NCBI GenBank assembly: GCA_964635565.1
Contig: CAZWON010000005.1
Coordinates: 17,736 to 81,735, forward strand
Length of the DNA stretch: 64,000 nucleotides
Source of the DNA: an uncultured Planctomycetia bacterium
Lineage (GTDB): Bacteria > Omnitrophota > Gorgyraeia > Duberdicusellales > 4484-171
Reading direction: 5' to 3'
Below, in pieces: positions 8,905-17,321 of the stretch (position 1 is its first letter; every line of letters begins with the position of its first letter). The position numbers and the translations under genes were made by a program. The notes below the pieces were generated by a model. That model had not been told where the DNA came from. It worked only from the letters and a program-made list of their open reading frames with translations, and did not search any database.

Positions 8905-9333
8905 TTACTTATCTAATTTATTCTCTGCTTTCTTCAAGAAAGCAAGAGAAAGAAAAATAATTCCCGTAGAAATAATTGCAGCCAGAAAATAACCACAACC
9001 TACTGCTAAACCAATAGCTGCACTCACCCAAACACTGGCGGCAGTGGTAAGGCCTCGACTACCCTGTCTACTTCTAATAATAGCTCCTGCTCCTAAAAAA
9101 CCAATGCCTGTAACTACTCCTGCTGCAATCCTTGCAGGATCAACACTGCTATAGTTATTATAAGAATGATAAATATATACTGAAATAAGCATAATTAATG
9201 AAGAACCAACACAAACAAGAATATGTGTTCTTAATCCTGCACTTCTTCCTTTTGCTTCTCTCTCTAACCCAATGATACTACCTAAAATAAAAGCCAATAT
9301 AAGACGTATAATAGTATCGGAGGTCGTTAACAT
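8905..9333 (-). CDS. MgtC/SapB family membrane protein
   Basis: 142 aa; GLEREAKGRSAGLRTHILVCVGSSL is the MgtC signature; 4 TM helices. Confidence 0.85.
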   Translation of the reverse strand: MLTTSDTIIRLILAFILGSIIGLEREAKGRSAGLRTHILVCVGSSLIMLISVYIYHSYNNYSSVDPARIAAGVVTGIGFLGAGAIIRSRQGSRGLTTAASVWVSAAIGLAVGCGYFLAAIISTGIIFLSLAFLKKAENKLDK

Positions 9334-9338
9334 AAATT

Positions 9339-10331
9339 TTAATTAGATGAAACTTTGATATTAAATTTACTTTCTCTCCTCTTTATATTATATAAATAAA
9401 AAGCTAATCCTGCAACTACTGCTGCGTTATCACAAGAAAGATGAGGAGGAGAAAGAAGTAAATTTAATCCGTTCTTAACTGAAGCTGTCTTTAGAAGTTC
9501 TCTTAACCGCCGATTAGCAATAACTCCCCCTCCACATACTAATGTTTTTATCTTATATTGCTTTGCTGCTAAAATTGTATTATAAACAATAACTTTTGCT
9601 ATGCTTTCTTGAAAAGAAGAAAGCAATTTAACTTTTAACTCTTCGGATAACATTCTTTTTTTCTTAAACTCACTCTTTTTATATATAAGAGCGGTTTTTA
9701 TTCCGCTAAAACTAAAATCTAAACCTAAACGCCCACACTTAAACTCAAAACAATCCTTATATTTTTTCTCAAATATCTTATCTATATACACTCCTCCTGG
9801 ATATCCTAAACCAAAGGCTCTGGCTACCTTATCAAATACCTCTCCTGCAGCATCATCTCTAGTCCTTCCAATACACTTTACTCTGTCAAAATCACGTACT
9901 AAAAATAACCCTGTATGACCGCCCGAGACAACAAGACCAATAAAAGGAAAAGGAAAGTTTATGTTATTATTTAAAAAGGGCGCATAGAGATGCGCATAGA
10001 GATGATTAACACCTACTAATGGCTTACTCAATACTAAGCTTAATGCTTTTGCAAAATTTACCCCCACTACTAAAGCTCCTGTAAGTCCTGGCGTATACGT
10101 GAACCCTATCACACCTATTTTCCGCAAATCTATATTAGCTTCCTTAATAGAAGTGTTTAAAACTTTGTCAATAAATTTTAAATGATTCCGTGTGGCAATC
10201 TCAGGAACAATGCCTCCATAAATCTTGTGAAAACGCAATGAGGAGACGACAATATTAGAAAGTACTCTTCTCTTATCAACGATAGCTACTGAAGTATCAT
10301 CACATGAACTTTCTATTCCTAAGGCATACAT
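9339..10331 (-). CDS. tsaD: tRNA N6-adenosine threonylcarbamoyltransferase TsaD (Kae1/Gcp family)
   Basis: 330 aa; N-terminus MYALGIESSCDDTSVAIV, metal-binding HxxxH (NHLYAHLYAP), VVSGG motif. Confidence 0.9.
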   Translation of the reverse strand: MYALGIESSCDDTSVAIVDKRRVLSNIVVSSLRFHKIYGGIVPEIATRNHLKFIDKVLNTSIKEANIDLRKIGVIGFTYTPGLTGALVVGVNFAKALSLVLSKPLVGVNHLYAHLYAPFLNNNINFPFPFIGLVVSGGHTGLFLVRDFDRVKCIGRTRDDAAGEVFDKVARAFGLGYPGGVYIDKIFEKKYKDCFEFKCGRLGLDFSFSGIKTALIYKKSEFKKKRMLSEELKVKLLSSFQESIAKVIVYNTILAAKQYKIKTLVCGGGVIANRRLRELLKTASVKNGLNLLLSPPHLSCDNAAVVAGLAFYLYNIKRRESKFNIKVSSN

Positions 10332-10332
10332 A

Positions 10333-11571
10333 TTATTGGGGGCTGGAAGATAATATAAGCAACCCTCTAATTAAATCCAACGCTCTTATTATCTGATAAT
10401 CTTTTCTGTAATCAAATTCTTTTTTATCCTTTTTCAACTCTTCAAAAATATCTTCTTTTTTCTCTATCTTTTCTTTAGCAACAATGATATCAGGGGTTAT
10501 TCCTTTCTCATGAATACTATGCCCCTGGGGAGTGTAATATTTTGCAGTAGTAAGTCTTATAGCGGAACCGTCAGAAAGAGGAATTACTGTCTGAACAGAA
10601 GCTTTTCCAAAACTTTTCTCTCCCAAAATAATTGCTCGCTTATTTTCTCTCAGTGCTGCCGCTACTATTTCGCTTCCTGAGGCACTTCCTTTATTTATTA
10701 TCACTACCATAGGAATCTCTAAATATTTTTTCCCTAAAGGTAAAGATTTATACTCTATCTTCTCCCCACTGCGTGGCTTAGTATAAACAATCAACTTACC
10801 TTCTTTAAGAAATCTGCTGGCTACATCTACTGCAGAGTGTAATAATCCCCCTGGATTATTCCTTAAATCAAGAATCAAAGCCTTCATTCCTTGCTTTTTG
10901 AGTTTCTTTAATGCTTTATCTAAATCCCTTGCAGTAGTCTCTCTAAACTCGGCTAAACGTATATAACCTACTTCATCCTCTAAAATTATTGCCCTTTTTA
11001 TATCTTTTATCTTAATAACACCCCTTGTAACAGTAATATTTTCAATTTTCCTATCCTTCTCTCTTAAAACTGTAATAGTAACTTTTGTACCTGGTTTACC
11101 TCTCAGTTTTTTTACAGCCTCATTAAGAGTAATTCCTTTAGTTAGTTTTCCATCAATTTTTACAATTATATCTCCAGGCTTTAGTCCTGCCCGCCAAGCA
11201 GGTGTATCTTCAATAGGAGAAACAATAGTAAGAAGTCCATCCTTTATAGTAATTTCAATCCCTAACCCTCCAAATTTACCTTCTGTTTCCACGAGAAGTT
11301 CTTTATATTCTTCAGGGTCAAGAAACTGGCTATAAGAGTCTAAAGACAAAAGCAATCCGCTTATTGCTCCATATATTACATCTTTAGGAGAAAGTTCTTC
11401 TACATATTTTTTTTGAATAACAGCCAGTGCTTCTCCGAACAAATCCAATTTTTTATATATTTCATCTTTATTAACGGGAGCTTCACTTTTTACTTCACCA
11501 CAAAATCCTTTTAATGCAAATGATGCTACAAATATTCCTGTTAAAATAATCAAAATAAATCTTCTTCTCAT
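10333..11571 (-). CDS. S41 family C-terminal processing peptidase (CtpA/Prc) with PDZ domain
   Basis: 412 aa; signal peptide, PDZ (GGLGIEIT..GLLTIVSPIEDTPAWRAGLKPGDIIVKIDG), S41 catalytic region (GSASGSEI...K dyad). Confidence 0.88.
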   Translation of the reverse strand: MRRRFILIILTGIFVASFALKGFCGEVKSEAPVNKDEIYKKLDLFGEALAVIQKKYVEELSPKDVIYGAISGLLLSLDSYSQFLDPEEYKELLVETEGKFGGLGIEITIKDGLLTIVSPIEDTPAWRAGLKPGDIIVKIDGKLTKGITLNEAVKKLRGKPGTKVTITVLREKDRKIENITVTRGVIKIKDIKRAIILEDEVGYIRLAEFRETTARDLDKALKKLKKQGMKALILDLRNNPGGLLHSAVDVASRFLKEGKLIVYTKPRSGEKIEYKSLPLGKKYLEIPMVVIINKGSASGSEIVAAALRENKRAIILGEKSFGKASVQTVIPLSDGSAIRLTTAKYYTPQGHSIHEKGITPDIIVAKEKIEKKEDIFEELKKDKKEFDYRKDYQIIRALDLIRGLLILSSSPQ

Positions 11572-11591
11572 TCTCTCCTCCTTTCTAAGAG

Positions 11592-13025
11592 TTACTCTTT
11601 TTGTTTCAATTTCCGCTCTATTAATTCTCTTACTACCTTAGGGTTGGCTTTGCCTCTGGTTTTCTTCATAACCTGCCCTACTATAAACATCACTGCTTGC
11701 TGTTTACCGCCAAGATAATCATTTACCGCACGTTGATTTTCTTTAAGAGATTCTTCGACAAAAGCAATAAGCTCATCTTCCTTTGATACCTGAGATAAAC
11801 CTTCCTCTTCAATAATCTCATCGATAGGTTTGTTATTTCTGATAGATAAAGCTAACAATTTCTTTGCCGCTAAATTATTAAGCTTTCCCTCCAAAAAATA
11901 CTGAACTATCTTAGAAAAATTATAAGGACTAAGCTCAACCTTATCCATTCCTCCTTCTAAAGAATTAACCAACTCCAAGAAAGGTCCTAATATCCAATTA
12001 GCAATACTTTTGGGCTGAAATAACTGCTTATTAGCCTCTTCAAAAAAATTAGCTAAAGATAAATCGGAGATTAAAATGTCTACCTCTTTATCACTTAAGC
12101 CGTACATCTTAATAAATCTTTCTCTTTTAGCTACAGGAAGTTCAACAATGTATTCTTTTTGGCTTTCAATCAATATATCGTCTACAATAAAATCTCCTAA
12201 GTCTGGTTCGGGAAAATATCTGTAATCGTGGGCTTCCTCTTTTGTGCGCATAATAAAGGTTTTCTGTTTTATCTCATCCCACAAACGTGTCTCTTGGAAG
12301 ATATTCTTTTTATTCTTTAAACAATTTATTTGCCTTTGGGCTTCATAAGAAAGAGCGTTTTTTACTCCCCTAAATGAATTCATGTTTTTCAATTCTACCT
12401 TTGTGCCCAATGATTCTGAACCTTTCTTTTTTACAGAAATATTGGCATCGCATCGCAAGAATCCTTTCTCCATATCGCAACTTGAAACACCAATATACTG
12501 AATAGTCATTTTAAGATAATTAAGGTAGCTAAACGCCTCTTCGGGACTACTAATATCAGGATGGGTAACTATTTCCAAAAGAGGAATCCCCGCACGATTA
12601 AAATCGACCAAAGAATATTTTTCTTTATGAATGAGCTTTCCTGCATCTTCTTCTAAATGAATTCGTTTTATCCTTATCTTTTTAGAGGAAGGTAAAACTA
12701 AAAATCCTTCTTCTCCTAAAGGAAGTTCATATTGAGAAATTTGATAATTTTTTGGTAAGTCAGGGTAAAAATAGTTCTTCCGCTCAAAATATATTCTTTT
12801 GTTTACTCTACAATTTAAAACACAAGCAACTCTTACTGCTAATTCCAAAGCTTTTCTATTAAGAACCGGTAAAACTCCTGGATATCCACAACAGATAGGA
12901 CAAATATTTGTATTAGGAGAACTTTCAAAATCAGTGGGGCAACTGCAGAATATTTTCGACTCAGTAGCAAGCTGGACATGCACCTCTAAGCCAATTACAA
13001 TTTCATATTCCATATTAACCACCAA
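11592..13025 (-). CDS. gatB: Asp/Glu-tRNA(Asn/Gln) amidotransferase subunit B
   Basis: 477 aa; EIVIGLEVHVQL, CPICCGYPGVLP, C-terminal YqeY/GatB domain; adjacent to gatA/gatC. Confidence 0.93.
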   Translation of the reverse strand: MVVNMEYEIVIGLEVHVQLATESKIFCSCPTDFESSPNTNICPICCGYPGVLPVLNRKALELAVRVACVLNCRVNKRIYFERKNYFYPDLPKNYQISQYELPLGEEGFLVLPSSKKIRIKRIHLEEDAGKLIHKEKYSLVDFNRAGIPLLEIVTHPDISSPEEAFSYLNYLKMTIQYIGVSSCDMEKGFLRCDANISVKKKGSESLGTKVELKNMNSFRGVKNALSYEAQRQINCLKNKKNIFQETRLWDEIKQKTFIMRTKEEAHDYRYFPEPDLGDFIVDDILIESQKEYIVELPVAKRERFIKMYGLSDKEVDILISDLSLANFFEEANKQLFQPKSIANWILGPFLELVNSLEGGMDKVELSPYNFSKIVQYFLEGKLNNLAAKKLLALSIRNNKPIDEIIEEEGLSQVSKEDELIAFVEESLKENQRAVNDYLGGKQQAVMFIVGQVMKKTRGKANPKVVRELIERKLKQKE

Positions 13026-14451
13026 CTAAAGGAGGAATTCTTTTATGATAATCTGTCCTTTGCTGGAAAGTAAATCCAATTCTTATAAGGGTTTCCTCAT
13101 CAAAAGGTCTACCAATAAGTTGGGCCCCTATAGGCAGATTTGTCTTGGTAAACCCACAGGGAAAAGAAACCGCACAAATACCTGCTAAATTAGCAGAAAT
13201 TGTATAGATATCAGACAAATACATACTCAAAGGATCATCTACTTTTTCTCCCAGTTTAAAAGCAGGAACAGGAGATGTAGGAGTTAAAATCGCATCTACC
13301 GATAAAAAAGCATCCTCAAAGTCTTTTTTAATCAGTGTCCTTACCTTGGAAGCTCTAATGTAATAAGCTTCATAATATCCACTAGATAAGCTATAAGTCC
13401 CAATAAGAATTCTTCGTTTTGCTTCTCTACCGAATCCCTCCTTACGGGTATTTTTATACAAAGAGAGCAAATCTTCATTTTTTTTACACATCCCATACTT
13501 TATTCCATCAAAACGTTCTAAATTAGAACTTGCCTCTGAAGGTGCAATAATATAATAAGTAGCCACAGCATATTGTGTGTGAGGCAAAGCGATTTCTACA
13601 ATTTTCGCTCCCTCTTTTTCTAATAACTCTGCTGTTTCTCTAACAGCTTTCTCTACTTCTGAATCTAAACCTTCCCCGAAATACTCCCGGGGAAGACCAA
13701 TGCGTAGCCCTCTAATATTATCTATCAATGACTTAGTAAAATCAGGAACATTTTTTTTAGAAGTAGTGGAATCATATTCATCAAAACCACAGATTATATT
13801 AAGCAGATGGGCACAGTCAACAAAATTAGTAGTAATGGGCCCTATTTGGTCTAAACTCGACCCAAAAGCAATGAGACCAAACCGCGAGACTCTGCCATAC
13901 GTGGGTTTAAAACCGACTACCCCACAAAAAGATGCAGGCTGGCGAATAGATCCTCCTGTGTCAGAACCTAAAGCAAAAGGGACCAGTCGGGCCGCTACTG
14001 CTGCTGCTGAGCCTCCGCTGGAACCTCCGGGAACACACTCTAAATTCCAAGGATTACGTGTTGGCCCATAGCAAGAGTTTTCTGTAGAAGAACCAAAGGC
14101 AAACTCATCCATATTAGTTGTTCCAATAATAGAAAGCCCTTTATCTTTCAAGGCTCTTATGACAGTGGCATCATAGACCGCATTATGGGAGTTTAAAATC
14201 TGTGAAGCACAAGTTATCCTTTTCCCTCTAATGCAAATATTATCTTTAATGGCAATAGGAACACCACAAAGAGAGGATTCTTTTGACTCTCTAACAGGGT
14301 TAGAATATATTTCTACAAAACTGTTTATATGTTTATCTAATTTCTGAATTCTCTCTTTAAAAAATGAAAAAACTTCCTCTTCAGAAATTTTAGTTTCTTT
14401 TATCTTTTGGGAAATCTCCCATCCGTGTAAATCTAAAAGCTCTAAGCTCAT
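13015..14451 (-). CDS. gatA: Asp/Glu-tRNA(Asn/Gln) amidotransferase subunit A (amidase signature family)
   Basis: 478 aa; amidase signature GGSSGGSAAAVAA, Ser-cisSer-Lys triad context (GSDTGGSIRQPASFCG). Confidence 0.93.
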   Translation of the reverse strand: MSLELLDLHGWEISQKIKETKISEEEVFSFFKERIQKLDKHINSFVEIYSNPVRESKESSLCGVPIAIKDNICIRGKRITCASQILNSHNAVYDATVIRALKDKGLSIIGTTNMDEFAFGSSTENSCYGPTRNPWNLECVPGGSSGGSAAAVAARLVPFALGSDTGGSIRQPASFCGVVGFKPTYGRVSRFGLIAFGSSLDQIGPITTNFVDCAHLLNIICGFDEYDSTTSKKNVPDFTKSLIDNIRGLRIGLPREYFGEGLDSEVEKAVRETAELLEKEGAKIVEIALPHTQYAVATYYIIAPSEASSNLERFDGIKYGMCKKNEDLLSLYKNTRKEGFGREAKRRILIGTYSLSSGYYEAYYIRASKVRTLIKKDFEDAFLSVDAILTPTSPVPAFKLGEKVDDPLSMYLSDIYTISANLAGICAVSFPCGFTKTNLPIGAQLIGRPFDEETLIRIGFTFQQRTDYHKRIPPLVGG

Positions 14452-14744
14452 TCAATTATTTTAGGAACTTTAAAATGATTATCTTCTTGGGCAGGGGCAT
14501 TCTTTAACATATCAACAAAATAATCTTTTCTTTCTGCGGTATCGGAACGGAAAATATTTGTCTCGCTAAATCCTCCCCGTGTAGGCACAACGCTATCTAC
14601 ATTAAGCTCCTTTAACTTATCAATATAACCAATAATTTTTGATAATTCGTAAGTTAAACGTTCTTTTTCTTTGTTATCAATGTCAATGCGTGCCAAATGA
14701 GAAACATACTCTACTATTTTTTTATCAACTACATTATGGGACAT
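14448..14744 (-). CDS. gatC: Asp/Glu-tRNA(Asn/Gln) amidotransferase subunit C
   Basis: 98 aa; ~95-aa acidic helical protein immediately upstream of, and overlapping, gatA. Confidence 0.85.
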   Translation of the reverse strand: MSHNVVDKKIVEYVSHLARIDIDNKEKERLTYELSKIIGYIDKLKELNVDSVVPTRGGFSETNIFRSDTAERKDYFVDMLKNAPAQEDNHFKVPKIIE

Positions 14745-14994
14745 TTCTCCTGAAAATACTTCTCTTGATAAATATTATATCTTCTTTGAGAAATACCTCT
14801 TTTCCTCAGAAATTAACTCTCTATCTGTAGATTTTGATTATATCTTAAAAAAAAGATAATGCAACTTAAAACTTTTATAGCAATAGCGCCAAAAATATGA
14901 AGAAAATGGTTTCCTCTCGCTATTTCATTAAAGAATTTTTTAGTTATCCCTTTGGGAAACGCCAAAAAACTATCATTTCCTGAATCTTAATTTT

Positions 14995-15720
14995 TTATTT
15001 TAATTGCTTGCTAATGGATAAGAAAATTGTTTTAAGTAATTGGACTTCATTCTTAGTTAAATGTGTTCTTAAAAAAATTCTTTTTAAAGAAGAAATAGTG
15101 GTTTTTGCAATTTTATTTTTCAAATCGGTCTTTTTAAGAACACTATCTATCAATACAAAAAGACTCTCAATATCTTCTTTTTTGACTAAATCCAAAAAAT
15201 CGACATATAACATATCTATCAAATATTCAAAAATTTTATAACAAACAATACCAACCGAAGATGCTAAATTGTAAGAAGAAAAGGAAGGATTTGCGGGTAT
15301 ATAAAACAGACTATCACAGCAATCTATTTCTTCTTTAGAAAGACCAAAATTCTCCTGGCCAAAAATAATACTTATAGGATACTTTTTGGCTACAGCAGCT
15401 ATAAAAGGTAAAATATCTTTAAAATTATATATAAACTTATATTTTCTTCTTCTTTTTGTTGTACCAAATACAAAATAAGATTCCTTTAAAACGCTTTTTA
15501 AATCCTCCGCCAATTTTGCTTTCTCTAATATATCACGGGCGCGCTTAGCTACTTCAAAAGATTTGTGGGTTAAATTGGGTCTTACTAAACAAAAATTATT
15601 AAAAGATGTGTTTTTAAGGATTCGAGCACATAAACCTATATTTTCAGGAATTTGGGGAGATACAAGAACAATATTGATATTCTTAAGAATATTTTCTTTA
15701 TCGGAAGTTAATACGCACAC
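14995..15720 (-). CDS. SpoU/TrmH-class tRNA/rRNA 2'-O-methyltransferase (TrmJ-like)
   Basis: 241 aa; IVLVSPQIPENIGLCAR (SPOUT motif 1), FVFGTT, IIFGQENFGLS, SLFYIPANPSFSSYNLASSVGIVCY motifs. Confidence 0.75.
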   Translation of the reverse strand: MCVLTSDKENILKNINIVLVSPQIPENIGLCARILKNTSFNNFCLVRPNLTHKSFEVAKRARDILEKAKLAEDLKSVLKESYFVFGTTKRRRKYKFIYNFKDILPFIAAVAKKYPISIIFGQENFGLSKEEIDCCDSLFYIPANPSFSSYNLASSVGIVCYKIFEYLIDMLYVDFLDLVKKEDIESLFVLIDSVLKKTDLKNKIAKTTISSLKRIFLRTHLTKNEVQLLKTIFLSISKQLK

Positions 15721-15919
15721 TCTTTTCTTCTAAAAATTTAAACATCTTCTTAAGTTCGCTCTCCTCGCCCTCAAAACGAACAATTGCCCATCCCATTTCT
15801 GTAGAAAAAGATGCCTCCATTATATTGGGAATTACCTTAAAATGTTTAATAATATAGTAAAATATAGGCTCATTTTTTAAACTTCCTGGGATAATAAGCT
15901 CTACCTCTCTTCCTTTCAT
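15698..15919 (-). CDS. NIL-domain small protein (putative)
   Basis: 73 aa; EVELIIPG...P.IYYIIKHFKVIPNIM.AS.....GWAIVRFEGEE.EL pattern resembles standalone NIL (MetN C-terminal-like) domains. Confidence 0.4.
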   Translation of the reverse strand: MKGREVELIIPGSLKNEPIFYYIIKHFKVIPNIMEASFSTEMGWAIVRFEGEESELKKMFKFLEEKSVRINFR

Positions 15920-16004
15920 TGATTATCACCTCTCTAATTTTATCAGATTACAACAAGTATGCCAATTACTCTTTTTAAAGAGAAAAAATTGACCATTCCT
16001 TAAC

Positions 16005-16034
16005 TTGACACATCCTTTTGACACATCCTTTTGA
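16005..16034 (+). repeat. 13-bp tandem direct repeat TTGACACATCCTT x2.3 in the intergenic region
   Basis: Copies at 16005-16017 and 16018-16030 plus a partial TTGA(AAG) third copy; each copy carries a TTGACA hexamer; lies ~85 bp upstream of the 15919 start. Confidence 0.8.
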
Positions 16035-16106
16035 AAGTTAAATGTAAAGTTAACCTTTTCCTTTACTGTGAAAGCAATAAAAGTAAAGGATAAAAAAGAA
16101 GCGAAG

Positions 16107-17258
16107 TCATTTTAACCATAACATTATTCCTGCCAAACCTAAAAAGAACCATCCCAAACTTGCTTTAATTATCCCTAAGTTTTTTTTCAAAAATCGATTA
16201 AAGTGCTGGGAAGTAAATCCAAACAACGCAAGAGAAAAGATAATTATAAGAGGAAAAATAAACATAATGTTATAAAGAATAAGATAGAAAAAAGCTTTAA
16301 GCCGTAGATAAGGAATTTTCAATATAAAGACGATGGTAGGAATATAAACCTGTCCCGTACAGGCTGCCTCTAAAAGAGAAACTCCTACGCCCACTATAAA
16401 AGAAATAACACATAACTCTATTATACGGGTATAATTTTTATTACGTAGCCCCTTACCAATAACAATATTGACCTTCTTTTTTAAAAACATAGGTAGTTGT
16501 AGAATCATCCCTTGAGAACTCTGGGATTTTTTATACTTAAAAAAATCATAAAAAGAAAGCATAGCAAGCATAAGACACATTATTGCTACTATATAATAAA
16601 ATATTTTCATAAAAATATAAAAATGACTTACAGAATACAAAAAGCTGAACACTCCCAATCCAATAAGAACATAGGTTATAAAAACACTTAATATATAGAA
16701 GATACCTACGTATACCATCTCTTTTTTATTATAACCATAGACAGTAAGAAAAGATATAAAAAACACTATTACAGCAAAAGCACAAGGATTTATCCCATCA
16801 AGTAGCCCCCCACTGATAATAGTAAGAATAGAAAGGCTTTTAAATTTTTCTATCAAGTTTACCCCCGAAAAGAAATAAGGAAGGATTGTCTGTCTTTTAG
16901 AATATTTCTCAATCAATGCTTCTAAATTTTCTTCAATCTCTTTCACGCCATTTAGAAAAGCGTTGCCGATAAATATTGTAGGGACAACTGCTTTCTTTTT
17001 GGGAAACTGTTCGGCAAGACCTACCAAAACACTTAAGTTTTCTGGCTTATCAATATTAAGAGTTTCCAGGATTAATCTATCTTTGTATTTTTCTAATATT
17101 TGAGGTAAAAATTCTTTTTTTAATCTTGCGCAGGCGCCGCAATGAGAAGAATAGAAAAGTACTACCCTAAGCTTTCCTTCATCTTTGGCAAATGCACTTA
17201 TGCTTGTTGTAAAAAAAAGTAATAAAAAGGCAATTGTACTTTTTCTTATACTTTTCAT
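16107..17258 (-). CDS. thioredoxin-fold + DsbD/CcdA-type transmembrane thiol:disulfide interchange protein
   Basis: 383 aa; signal peptide, N-terminal thioredoxin motif (CGAC), then a multi-TM domain with LLDGINPCAF, the DsbD-family conserved-Cys helix. Confidence 0.7.
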   Translation of the reverse strand: MKSIRKSTIAFLLLFFTTSISAFAKDEGKLRVVLFYSSHCGACARLKKEFLPQILEKYKDRLILETLNIDKPENLSVLVGLAEQFPKKKAVVPTIFIGNAFLNGVKEIEENLEALIEKYSKRQTILPYFFSGVNLIEKFKSLSILTIISGGLLDGINPCAFAVIVFFISFLTVYGYNKKEMVYVGIFYILSVFITYVLIGLGVFSFLYSVSHFYIFMKIFYYIVAIMCLMLAMLSFYDFFKYKKSQSSQGMILQLPMFLKKKVNIVIGKGLRNKNYTRIIELCVISFIVGVGVSLLEAACTGQVYIPTIVFILKIPYLRLKAFFYLILYNIMFIFPLIIIFSLALFGFTSQHFNRFLKKNLGIIKASLGWFFLGLAGIMLWLK

Positions 17259-17321
17259 TATATAAAAATTATATCAGAAAAATATTGATGAAAAAATATA
17301 AAATATTACAATAAGTATAAG

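Noticed and set aside
9980-10003. Perfect 12-bp tandem duplication GCGCATAGAGAT x2 inside tsaD
   Set aside because: It encodes HLYA-HLYA, which simply provides the normal HxxxH metal-binding spacing of TsaD (cf. H-M-E-G-H), so it is not an insertion or phase-variation site; noted only as a curiosity.
12799-13029. 76-aa plus-strand ORF at the gatB/gatA junction
   Set aside because: Antisense to gatB with no RBS; chance ORF.
13700-14071. 123-aa plus-strand ORF inside gatA
   Set aside because: Antisense to the conserved amidase-signature region; the Pro/Gly-rich translation is typical of reverse-strand reading of GC-richer conserved codons.
14639-15241. Small plus-strand ORFs 14639-14830 and 15008-15241
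   Set aside because: Overlap gatC and the SpoU methyltransferase antisense; no features.
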